Source: a virus (lineage: Duplodnaviria > Caudoviricetes). From it: 60,283 nt of DNA. The notes under the pieces are model-generated. The model had not been told where the DNA came from, searched no databases, and saw only the letters and a program-made list of their open reading frames with translations. The translations under genes and the position numbers were made by a program. The DNA lies in the IMG/VR virus record IMGVR_UViG_3300015360_000004, positions 1-60,283 of that record, one strand, 5' to 3'. Positions 18,895 through 28,122 of the stretch are shown one piece after another (positions within the stretch are counted from its first letter, which is position 1; the number at the start of each line of letters is the position of its first letter).

Positions 18895-20592
18895 CTAGCC
18901 AATTTTACGGGCCTCCGCTAGCGCCATGATATTCGCGCCGTACTGGCACTTGAGGTTGACCATAACGTCAACCGCCTCGCCTAAGTCGGGAAAAAGGATG
19001 GCCTCTACGTAGTTCGCGCCCCAGACCGGGGTCCCGTCGTCCCTTTCCTCCACCAGGAAGACGGTACCGAAGATTCCATAGTCCAGAATGACGACGAAGC
19101 CTTCGCTTCGGAGTATTTCGGTATCTTCCGCTGGCATCAGTAGCCTGGAGGTGGGCCACTCACTGATGATTCCCGGCTCATGCCAGTGGACGAAGGTCGT
19201 GTCGCCCTTGTACTCCGTGACGCTTCCCCATATCACCTTGCCCGCGAAAAGAGTCTTGACCAAATCATCCTGCTTGAAGTTTCTCATGTTACTTACCCTC
19301 CGGCGCCTTGCGGGCCTTTAAGATTTCCTCTGTCATGTCGGCGGCATCGTCCATGAGCCGTTCGAGCAGCTCATCATCCGTCCACTTCGGGTTGCGCTCC
19401 TTCAGGGCGAGTAGTTGCTCCTTGATGGCCTTCTTAAGGGCCGTCGTCGAAGAGGTTAGCCTGATGAGTGACGCGTTGGTTGGTCTGGACATTTTCAGCT
19501 CCTTGGTTGTTGATTTGGAAAGTTCATTTCTAGCATGTTCGAATCGAAGGACTTCATCCGGTTTTTCAGGTCCCGCATGAGCTCGCTCTTCCGCTTGTTG
19601 TGGGCGGCGAGTGCCGGCCTGACCATCCTTCCGAAGGCCTGCATCTGGTCCCAGTTGGCGGTAATCCAAATCTCGTAGGGCTTACGGCCTTTAGTCCACT
19701 TCAACCCGAGGTGGTCGGCGATGTGCGTATAGATATGGACGCAGTAGGACTGGCACTTGACCTCGTACTGCGTGGGCGGGGCTTCCGCCGGCTTGCCCGT
19801 CCTCTCCACGGAGAGCCCCCACTGGGCGGACAGCTTGTCGTACTGCGCGGCCGCATTGGCGGCGAGCCCCGGCTCCGTCCGTGCGTGGTCAGCCAAGTCA
19901 CGGAGCTTCCGTAGCTTCCGCAGCTTCTCCTCCCGGGTGTATTCCTTGGTCGCAACGGTCATTTCAGCCTACCCTCCGATATCCGATGTTATTCAGGACA
20001 TCGATGACCGTGCACGGGTACTCGGCGTATAGTTCCGAGCGAGTGACCCCGTTGACGGTCGAGGAAAGCTTGAATTTGAACGCGCCAGCTAAGGGGACCA
20101 GCGTATACGTCCCGCTGTAGGTCTTAACCAAAGGGTGCTGAAGCTTCGGGAAGTAGAATTTCTCAATCATTCCATGCTCCTTTTAGATTTTCACCAGATA
20201 GCCGCGGACGGTACCGCAGGCGCAATCATGAACGGACGTCGAGAAAGCGGATTCCTTCTCCAGCCCGAGAGCCATTAGGACCTCAATACGGGTCACCTTC
20301 CTGGAGGAGAGGAAGATGAGCACTCCTTCCTCTAGGATGACGGCCTCGAAGCCTCTGTTCCGAATGTCATCGCGTAGTATTTTCTTGGCCACGTCGCGCA
20401 TCTAATCCTCCTCTTAAACCATCTCGTAGCCCATGCGCTCCAGCCGGGACGCATTGGCGGGGGTGACGACCAGAAAAAGGCCTTCGCCGAGGACGACACG
20501 CATCGGCTTCAAGCAGCGATGGGCGAAGGACTCGGCGGTCCCAAGGGCGCTGAACCTGAAGGCGGTCGCCAGAATCTGTTCGTAGGTCTTCA
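18895..20592 (-). other. Early genes downstream of promoter P2
   Basis: ORFs 18895-19287, 19289-19492, 19964-20170, 20183-20401, 20414-20592 with RBSs. Confidence 0.6.
19495..19962 (-). CDS. DUF2786-like protein
   Basis: KLRKLRDLA...EPGLAANAAAQYDKLSAQWGLS N-terminal pattern. Confidence 0.5.
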   Translation of the reverse strand: MTVATKEYTREEKLRKLRKLRDLADHARTEPGLAANAAAQYDKLSAQWGLSVERTGKPAEAPPTQYEVKCQSYCVHIYTHIADHLGLKWTKGRKPYEIWITANWDQMQAFGRMVRPALAAHNKRKSELMRDLKNRMKSFDSNMLEMNFPNQQPRS

Positions 20593-20600
20593 TCCGGTGT

Positions 20601-20665
20601 TCCTTGCTCGTTTTCATATTTATAATATATCGCCAGATTTCAGGATTGTACACACATTTATCGCC
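20601..20665 (-). promoter_or_regulatory. Sigma70-like early promoter and leader P2
   Basis: TGTACA (20647-52), N17, TATATT (20624-29); homologous to P1. Confidence 0.75.
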
Positions 20666-20895
20666 TTACTTTAAAATAAAAACTGGAGCTTAAAGTTCCA
20701 TCCCGTAACCGGCCTGTGTCGTAACAGAGCGGGTACGGACAATCCCACGAGCCATACGGGGCTGCGTGGACATGCCTGCCAAAACGAGGCCGTTTATAAG
20801 CGCCCCCTGCCGGTTTGACCAAATCGGGCACCCGTTTAAGGCCGATTTGGCGTATGAAAGGCCAAGGAGGATGTGACGAAGTCTCATGAGTCAGG

Positions 20896-20931
20896 CTTTC
20901 CTCAGATTCCACAGTTTCCTCGCTTTCCAGG
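20896..20931. repeat. Four tandem degenerate 9-mers (iteron-like)
   Basis: ctttcctca gattccaca gtttcctcg ctttccagg. Confidence 0.6.
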
Positions 20932-20958
20932 CCTTTTTGGCTTTTCGGAAAAAAGGCC

Positions 20959-20985
20959 AAAAAATAAGGGACCTAAAGAGGTCCC
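20959..20985 (-). terminator. Intrinsic terminator
   Basis: GGGACC TCTTTA GGTCCC TTATTTTTT. Confidence 0.8.
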
Positions 20986-21150
20986 CGAGATGGGTCAGCA
21001 GGCTTCCAATGCTCGCACTTGTCGGTCAGGGCCTTGGACACCCTGTCGCCCGACTTGATGAAGATGTAGCCACACACGTTACCCTTGTCCTTGGTCTTCG
21101 TGAGGAGCCAGCAGTTCGCGCAGTTGCGAACCCTGTCGGACCTGTCCTTC

Positions 21151-21489
21151 TTATCCATCCCCCCGCCTTCCCTCGAATTCCTGGAGGTGGTAGTGAATGG
21201 GCATACTGAGGGAGAGCGCCAGGTCACGCTCAAGCCGCGCTCCGTGTGACTTGGGCCAAAGCGGGAGCATGAGTACCTCGTCGCAGTCTAGCATCGCCTT
21301 CAGCGAATTCCGCATGTAGAAGGACCAGGGCTTATCCCTCGGCGCGTCCTTTCCGTCCGTGGACTCGGTGACCTCGTGCGGGCTGACGACGTTGAACCCA
21401 CGCGCGCGGAGGTAGTCGGTGGCCTTGCGGAACTCCGGGAAGTTGAAGTCCGGAATACCTGTCATCGGGCCGGCTATGTATATCTTCAT
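21151..21489 (-). CDS. DUF4406 / nucleoside deoxyribosyltransferase-like protein
   Basis: KIYIAGPMTG..DFN.PEF, VVSP, LDCD.V.ML..W..S.GA.LE. Confidence 0.9.
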   Translation of the reverse strand: MKIYIAGPMTGIPDFNFPEFRKATDYLRARGFNVVSPHEVTESTDGKDAPRDKPWSFYMRNSLKAMLDCDEVLMLPLWPKSHGARLERDLALSLSMPIHYHLQEFEGRRGDG

Positions 21490-22085
21490 AGCTCCTCCTG
21501 TGTAACGCCCTTGGGCGACTCGTCCTTCTCTAAGGTCTTTTTGAATAGCGTCCTAGCCGCGGAATGAAAGATGACTATGCCCTCCGGTTTCATGAATCCC
21601 GGGGCGGCTACGCTTCCACGTTCCGCCAGCGCCTTCAGCGTCCCATCTACGAACTGGGTCTCGAACGGCCCCCTGAAAAGTACTGGGACGACATTACAGC
21701 AGGCCGGCCTTGACTCCCCCCACTTCGCCGCGTTGAAAAGCGAGAATCTCTTCTCCGTCAGCCCGTACTTACGCTGGATGCCTTGTCCCCACCATTCACC
21801 GAAGTGCGCGCCTGGCCCGAGGTTCTTAAGGTCCTCGAAGTTGGCCAATGCCCATTTGGCGAAGCCGTAGTTATCGTCCGATGGAGTAATCCAGCGAGTA
21901 CGGCTACCGGCATACATCGCCCAGGTCGAGGCGTCAGGCCCGTACCAGTAGCCGAGCATCTTGTCATCGTGATAGCCCTTGGCGATTGGCACATTGCAAA
22001 TCCGGCCGTTGGTGCCGTCAATTTTCTCGGTTATTACCACCTCACGGCTCAGGCGCGCAATCTTCGTGAAATCCTTGAATATCAT
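21486..22085 (-). CDS. ATP-dependent RNA ligase (Rnl2-like nucleotidyltransferase domain)
   Basis: Motif I TEKIDGTN, GSR, FGEWWG.GIQ, FSLF, EGIVI, FKK; start MIFKDF by ATGA overlap. Confidence 0.88.
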   Translation of the reverse strand: MIFKDFTKIARLSREVVITEKIDGTNGRICNVPIAKGYHDDKMLGYWYGPDASTWAMYAGSRTRWITPSDDNYGFAKWALANFEDLKNLGPGAHFGEWWGQGIQRKYGLTEKRFSLFNAAKWGESRPACCNVVPVLFRGPFETQFVDGTLKALAERGSVAAPGFMKPEGIVIFHSAARTLFKKTLEKDESPKGVTQEEL

Positions 22086-24964
22086 TTGACCACCGGCTTT
22101 ATTCCAAGCTCTTCCGCCCGCTCCTCCAGGGAACGCCCCTTCGGTCTTTTCCATTGGGGCTTGGGGTTATGGGCCTTTGCCCAGTTCGCCGCGTCCGCGC
22201 TGTCCTTCGCGATGACTTCAGGCGCCAGCTCTTCCATCGTCTTGATGGTCCTGTTGAACTCGGCCACGAGCTGGTCGCACCTGTCCATAAATCCGTAGAC
22301 GATGGAACCAGACCAATCCACAACGAGAAGCGTGGTTACCGCCCAGAGGATGTTGGTCAAAAGCCTTATGCGGGTCGCGGGTTGTAGTTTGTTATTCATC
22401 GCTAGCTTCCTCCTGCTGGTTATGTTCCCTCAGCCAAGTCTCGTACATAGCCCTGGCCCGTTCGACGTCGGCCTGTTCCATGCATCCCGTGTCTACCCAG
22501 CTGATGGTGAGCCCCTTGACGAGCTGAGTGAAGAGAGTTTGAATCCGCTCCTCCCGCTCCTGCATGGCGTTGAACTTGTCAAATGAGCTCATCGCGAATC
22601 TCTCTGGGCAGGCTTGTTGATTCGACAATCTCGAACGCAAGCGGGATTGTCAGAGCCCTGGTCACCGTCTCATGGCCGAGGGTGTCTGCCATTGCAAGAA
22701 TATTGGCTTGTTCCTGCGGATAGCCTTTGATGATGTAAGCCGCGGCCTGGATGTCAATAAGGTCGCTTTCGGCCTTGGTCACCTCGATGAACCGCTTAAT
22801 CATCCTCGGCCTCGTCTTCCTTGCCTGCGCCTGGGATGTCCCCTTTGACGTCCGGGTCCCCGGACTCTTTCTCCTTCTTCTGCCGCTGAATCTCGTCCGC
22901 GTACTCAGCGACGCGGTGCACCTGCCCCAGGGAATCCGTAATGCAGTGGTCTGCCACGGTGAAGAGGTCCCGGTAGTCGATGAAGAAAGGGCGCTTCTTT
23001 CTTACGCACTCCTCGTCCAGGTACACCTCTGTCAGTTTCACGTCACGGTCGTAGTACATTCGCGGCTCCTATCCCTTAGATTATTTTCAAGGCCTGGGCG
23101 ATGTTGGCGGCCATGAAGGCGGCCAGCATTCTCTTCTTGATGTAGTAGCTCTCGTACTGGGGGTCGCACATGATTTGCATCGCGGTCCCGATGTCCTTTA
23201 TGAAGACCTGCCAATCGTCTTCCCCATCCTCATTGAACTGGCACAGGATGACCGGCTCGTTGGAGTGGACGTCCTGGTGGACGTAGCAGTCGACGCCTAG
23301 CCATTGACCGATAAAGGTGCAACAGGCACAGGTCCGCCGCGTATAAAGAGGGCCTACAATCACCAGCGGCTCCCGGCCTGCTTCACGGCGTTCAGAAAAT
23401 TAAGCCTCTGGGCTTCCTTCCATACAAGCTTGCAGACACGGGACATGCTGTCCTTTCTTGCGCTGCACCTCTGGGCGATAGTCCGAACAGTGTCGAATTC
23501 CAGCAAGTGGTCCAACCCGCACAAATCCTTAATCTCCTTTAGGTAGGCCAGGGCCTTCTCTACATGAAGCCGGTCAAACCCGGTTTCATTTTGGATTTGC
23601 CTGTACTGCGTGTCAGAGAGCACCGATGGATTCCTTTGTCAGCTCCTCTCCACTCGTGTGGAGGTTGATGAGCTTGGAGATTAGCGCTGTCTCCACCGGC
23701 AAGGCGACTGACTTCGGAAATTCGCTCTTAGCCATCTTAGCCTCGATGCAGTGCCCGCTCCGGAATACCTTAGTGCTGGCAAGGCGCATCTTGCCCTCGC
23801 CGTCCTGAAAGAAGACCATCCACTTGCTATGCTTTTTCATTCCGCTTTCTCCATGTTCGTGCTGTAGAACTGCCCTTCCCTGCTGCGCCACACCATTTTG
23901 GGCGGGTCACACATCGCGAATCCAACCTCGCCAGGCAGCAGCTTAAGCTTCAGGCTCTCCAGGTCATCTTCCTGGAGGAAGACGCATCTGGGGAACCCGA
24001 AGAAGACGCCGTTCGAGGCTGTTACCATCGTCAACGTCGAATGCTCTGGGAACCCGCTTAGCCGAAATCTCACGTCGGCTTCGCCTCGGCCATGAATCCA
24101 AAGCTGAGCCAGGAGACAACCAGCCAGTCCTTATCCCAGAGGACCCAGGGGAACCAGTGGAATTCAAGTAGGTCGATTCCGATGGCTACATCAAGCTGGA
24201 GGGCTTGGAAGGTTAGGGTCAGGCTGCCCGGTCCCACAAGTACACCCGCGGCAATGATTCTGTAAAAGTTCTTTTCGTCTTTCATTGAAGCCCCTGGTTA
24301 TTCCTAGCTGGACTTCGTTATCGCCGGTTATCCCCCACCGCTCCCGCGGGTCTATCCGATACCCCAGCCACTGAAGGAACCTTGCTAGGCGCTTTAACGC
24401 CGACGGCGAGGGTGAACTTGGGTCCCACTCCCCGCTCCGGTAGTGGCGCACGAACAGCGGGCTCATGCGGCATATATCTCGAATCAAGACGAGCCACCAC
24501 CTTATAGGCGACGTCGGCCAATCGCTTAGTCTTCGTGTCTCTTCGCTTGCCTCGTACATATTCCGCCTCCATCTTTGCGGCGAATTTCTGTAACGCGGTT
24601 CGGACGCCGCCGTAGAAGTCCACCTTGTTGCACTGAACCAGTCCGCCGGTTAGAATTGCGCGGATAGCCTCATCTGCCGTCATGCTCTTACGCTGCTCCA
24701 AGTTCATACAAAGCCCCCTAGCTCCAAGTGGTGAATGAAATTCGTCGGCGAGAAAACCATGCCCCCGCCGGGGAAATAAACAGGCTCCATCACGTCCAAA
24801 TACCGCCTGCCGTCATCGGAGACGAAGAAAAGCGAGTCCAACTCCTCCACGAGGACATACTTGCCCCAGAAGGTGAGGGGAAACTTTCGCTTCCTGGCGT
24901 CCTTCGCGAAACACTCCTGCCGCTTTATGTGTACGACCTCGCGAAGGAAAACCGGCTTCAGCAT
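22082..24964 (-). other. Run of small hypothetical genes
   Basis: Coupled ORFs 22082-22399, 22579-22803, 22796-23059, 23076-23363, 23360-23623, 23837-24073, 24070-24285, 24318-24707, 24704-24964. Confidence 0.6.
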
Positions 24965-25617
24965 TCAGACTCAGCCTTGAGCTGGGCGAATAGGGTTCTA
25001 TTCGTGCGGCCTTCGGTCTTGGTAAGCCAGACCCGAATCTTGGTGACGGCCTTCTTCTTGGCGTCGGTCACGGTGTTGTAGCTGCGGCATAGCTTCTCGG
25101 CCAGCTCGCGAAGTGAGAGGTCATTGGAGGAGTAGTATTCCTCAAGCAGGCTGTACTGGCTCTCGGACAGGCCAATCGCACGGCGATTCTTACGAATCAG
25201 CTCAAGCAGCATATTCCTGTCGATGCTGGGTTCCTCGGATGGCTCGATGCCGGATTGGTCAAGCCCGATGAAGCGCTTGCCCTTGAGACGGGCGCGCTCA
25301 TATTCCGATTTGGCGTGTTGGTAGGCCCACTCAATGTCCTTGACCGTGTTCAACTGGTTAAGGGCCTCCGGGCGGCCGATTCGCCTGACCAGGCAGAGGA
25401 AGGCGTCCTGGAGGAGGTCATCGTGGTCTGCTCGCGGAATCCCCTTGCACATCGCCTTGAGCATGGGCATGGTAGCCTGGTAAATGAGTCCGGCTATGCG
25501 GCCCTTGGCTTCTTTCGACTCCGCCTTGTGGTACTCGATGACCTTGGCTGTGTTGTACTGATAGGCTTCTTCTACAGTCATCACGAGTGTCATCTTTCCC
25601 TCTTTCACGGTTATCAC
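24958..25617 (-). CDS. ECF/sigma70-like RNA polymerase sigma factor
   Basis: Region 2 DHDDLLQDAFLCL; region 4 LSESQYSLL...LSLRELAEKLCRSYNTV. Confidence 0.8.
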   Translation of the reverse strand: MITVKEGKMTLVMTVEEAYQYNTAKVIEYHKAESKEAKGRIAGLIYQATMPMLKAMCKGIPRADHDDLLQDAFLCLVRRIGRPEALNQLNTVKDIEWAYQHAKSEYERARLKGKRFIGLDQSGIEPSEEPSIDRNMLLELIRKNRRAIGLSESQYSLLEEYYSSNDLSLRELAEKLCRSYNTVTDAKKKAVTKIRVWLTKTEGRTNRTLFAQLKAESEC

Positions 25618-25792
25618 CTCAATGCCTGGTTCAGAAACTTCTTCGGGTCAAACGCCTTGCCGTGCTCACGCGCCTTCTGGACGGAGTAGGCGTAGTCTAA
25701 CGGCCACCATTCCCCGGTAACCGGGTCTTCGAAACGGGAACCCGCCTGAATCCACTGCCTGGAGAGTAGGTGGGTGACCTTCGGGTCAGTTT

Positions 25793-26068
25793 TCATCCCT
25801 TCACCAGGCTCTTCTCAACTGCCCACTTCGGGAACTCGCCGTACTTCGCCTTCCAGAGGATGGCGACCTGCCGCTCGCGCTTCTTCAGCTTCCAGGAAGC
25901 GTCAAGGAAGTCGGCGCGCCACCTGTTGACCGTGTTTTTCATGTGCTCCTGTTTCTCTGCCAGAGCCTCGTTGCGGAGCGCCAGGCGCTTCAGTTCAGCC
26001 CGTTGCAGGAGGAAGAGCCAAGCAAGGCTGGCCAACGGGGCAACGAGGAAGAGATTGAGATACAGCAT
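25793..26068 (-). CDS. Membrane-anchored coiled-coil protein (possible lysis accessory)
   Basis: N-terminal TM helix then a coiled coil; directly downstream of the lysin. Confidence 0.5.
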   Translation of the reverse strand: MLYLNLFLVAPLASLAWLFLLQRAELKRLALRNEALAEKQEHMKNTVNRWRADFLDASWKLKKRERQVAILWKAKYGEFPKWAVEKSLVKG

Positions 26069-26763
26069 TAGGTCTTCTCCTTTTTGTACATGAGCGTGAG
26101 GGACGGCGGAATGATTTCACCGCTGTTCATCAGCGCATAGAAATCGTTGAGGTACATGACGAACCGGTCGAGGTACCTGGAAGTGCCGATTGGGTAGCAC
26201 TTTATCCGGAATCTGTTCTGGGTGCTGGAGTTGGCGTATACGCCGCCGGCGTTGTAGCTCGCGGCCACGAGGATTGGGTCAAAAAGGGATTTCTTCCGCT
26301 GGTCATCCATGTAGGAAACGCCGGCCTGTATGCTGTTCTCTGGGACGAAGAGCCACTTCCGGGTGACCGTTCCGCCGGTCACGCCGCGCTTCAGCAGGCT
26401 CTCCTTTGCGGTGGAGAGGAGGGTCTGCATTATCCCGGCGCTGACCTTATTCGGAGTCTTCTCGTCCGAAACGAACCCTGGTTCCTGCCGGATGTCGTAG
26501 TATGCCTTGGAGTCCTCGCCGGCGATGATTGCCACGATTAGGTCAGCTGGGACGAGATACTCCCTCGACCACTTCTCGATAATGTCGGAATAGTTGTGCC
26601 ATATCCTGGACACGGTGACCGGCTCGCCCCTGGTGCGCTCATAGAAGGCGAGGTCCATTGACCCGTTGGTCACGGGGTTCGGGTTCCTGACCAGAAGACC
26701 GTTGGTGGTCATCTTCCACTCGACACTGCCCTCAAACTTCTTATGCCAGTCGAATATGTTCAT
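26068..26763 (-). CDS. SLT-type lytic transglycosylase (probable endolysin)
   Basis: LIVAIIAGED (catalytic Glu), SAGIMQ, PENSIQAG..Y, AASYNAG. Confidence 0.85.
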   Translation of the reverse strand: MNIFDWHKKFEGSVEWKMTTNGLLVRNPNPVTNGSMDLAFYERTRGEPVTVSRIWHNYSDIIEKWSREYLVPADLIVAIIAGEDSKAYYDIRQEPGFVSDEKTPNKVSAGIMQTLLSTAKESLLKRGVTGGTVTRKWLFVPENSIQAGVSYMDDQRKKSLFDPILVAASYNAGGVYANSSTQNRFRIKCYPIGTSRYLDRFVMYLNDFYALMNSGEIIPPSLTLMYKKEKT

Positions 26764-27283
26764 CTTTTCCTCTGCTCCTTTAGGCCGACTTTACAGACGG
26801 GGTAATACCCGCCGCGATTCTCGAAGGTCTTGCTCCTCGGGAATAGGTCCTTGTGGTGGACGGTATTGCAGTGCGAGCAGTGGAGATAATCCTGGATGAT
26901 GACCAGCATCTCGTCCACCACTTTGGGATTGCTGCATTTCTCGCGCAGGATGGTCGCGTAGAGGTCGATGTCAACCTTCATAGCGCCCTCTCAATCTCCG
27001 CAATCTCGTTCTTGACGCGGTTGAGGGAGTGCAGCTTCTTCTGCTTCTCCGCCAACCGTTGGAAGTTCAGAATGTTCTTCTCAAGCCCGGAAGCCCGCTG
27101 CTTCATAGCCGCGAGCTCGAAGGCCCAGACGTCCATCCTGTTCTTCATGGCCTCTACGCGGCCGGTAAGACTGACGACGTCCTTGCGGTACTCCTCAATC
27201 TTGTTTGCGCGGAAGATTATTCCATCGCAAAGCTCCGCCATCTGTGCCTGGGACTTCCTCAGGCTCTCTTCGTAGGAAAGCAT
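26760..27283 (-). other. Two small genes: Zn-finger-like (26760-26981) and coiled-coil (26978-27283)
   Basis: CSHC...YPVCK motif; heptad-like pattern. Confidence 0.6.
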
Positions 27284-27309
27284 TTTGACTCCTGGTAACC
27301 TTTTTTGGT

Positions 27310-27375
27310 CAGCTCCTTCCCCAGGGAGCCAGCACGGTTTTCACGCCTCGCAGGAGTAGCTGGGGAACGCTACTC
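27310..27375 (-). ncRNA. Structured RNA with two hairpins and complementary (kissing) loops
   Basis: GAGUAGC-GUUCCCCA-GCUACUC and UGGCUCC-CUGGGGAA-GGAGCUG; loops pair over 7 bp. Confidence 0.6.
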
Positions 27376-27728
27376 TAGGCGATGCCTAGCTCGGCCTTGA
27401 GCTTGGCCTCCTCCGCGCGCAGCTTCGCGAGCTTGGCCATGCCCTTGGCCTTGGGGTCCTTGCTATTGACATGTTTATCCAGGCGGTCCTGCGCGAGGTC
27501 GACCATGTACTGAAGCTTCGCCTTGACGCCTTCGAACTTGAACTTGGGGTCTTCGACGTGGGCGGTGAAATCCGGTCCCTTGATGCCGATGATGAGCTTT
27601 CCGGCATCGTCTTTGGTTACGGGGATTCCCCGTTCATCGACCACCAGCTCGAACTCCGCTTTGGGGGCCTTCGCGGGTTTTACTGGCTTTTCGGCTGCTG
27701 CGGCGGGTTTCTTTTCGTTCTTGGCCAT
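27375..27728 (-). CDS. Small Lys/Ala-rich basic protein
   Basis: 117 aa, KPAAAAEKPVKPAKAPKA N-terminal tail, strong RBS and strong codon bias. Confidence 0.85.
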   Translation of the reverse strand: MAKNEKKPAAAAEKPVKPAKAPKAEFELVVDERGIPVTKDDAGKLIIGIKGPDFTAHVEDPKFKFEGVKAKLQYMVDLAQDRLDKHVNSKDPKAKGMAKLAKLRAEEAKLKAELGIA

Positions 27729-27747
27729 GGTGTCCTTCCTCGTTTCC

Positions 27748-27853
27748 TATAGACATAGCTTGCCTAATACCCCGTAGGGTTCATCAGGAGGGAGTCGCTA
27801 TCTGACCCTCGACTATTGGCGGGATTTCCGCCTCAGTTTCGGCTTACTGTCTT
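27748..27853 (-). ncRNA. Type II hammerhead ribozyme candidate with a 16-nt core insertion; predicted cleavage between 27811 and 27810
   Basis: GCC-GAAAC-[stem III]-GUC-[stem I GAGGG/CCCUC]-CUGAUGA-[ACCC UACG GGGU AUUA]-GGC; loop I AUAGC complements GCUAU downstream. Confidence 0.7.
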
Positions 27854-27990
27854 ATGTGCGGGTGGTGCACTCTACACTTAGTATCGACCTGGGAGCCTGA
27901 CAGAAACTGTCCCCGGCCCCCTTTCGTATCTGGGCGGCGGTATTCGTCCTATTCCATGATTTATTCGATGCCGCGTCTCTCATATTTACA

Positions 27991-28048
27991 ATTCTATCGC
28001 CCCGTAATTCGGAAGTACATGTTTATTCGGTATTAATATTTTTATTAC
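27991..28048 (-). promoter_or_regulatory. Promoter of the ribozyme transcript with an upstream palindromic site
   Basis: TGTACT 28014-19, N17, TAGAAT 27991-96; TTAATatttttATTAC 28033-48. Confidence 0.7.
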
Positions 28049-28122
28049 ATGAATGTGACTCTTTATTGGAGTAACAGCCACGCTAATTTAAATTCGTACA
28101 CACACCGGCTACCTTTTCGCCC

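Noticed and set aside
7329-19470. Other CTGATGA occurrences (near 7329, 8788, 10494, 11419, 17459, 19462) as hammerheads
   Set aside because: All lie inside coding sequence, and I saw no correctly placed GAAA, UH or flanking stems
27736-27813. Type III hammerhead reading using the downstream GAAAC (27746-42)
   Set aside because: GAAAC-GAGG cannot pair with AAUA-GUC to form stem III, whereas the upstream GAAAC can
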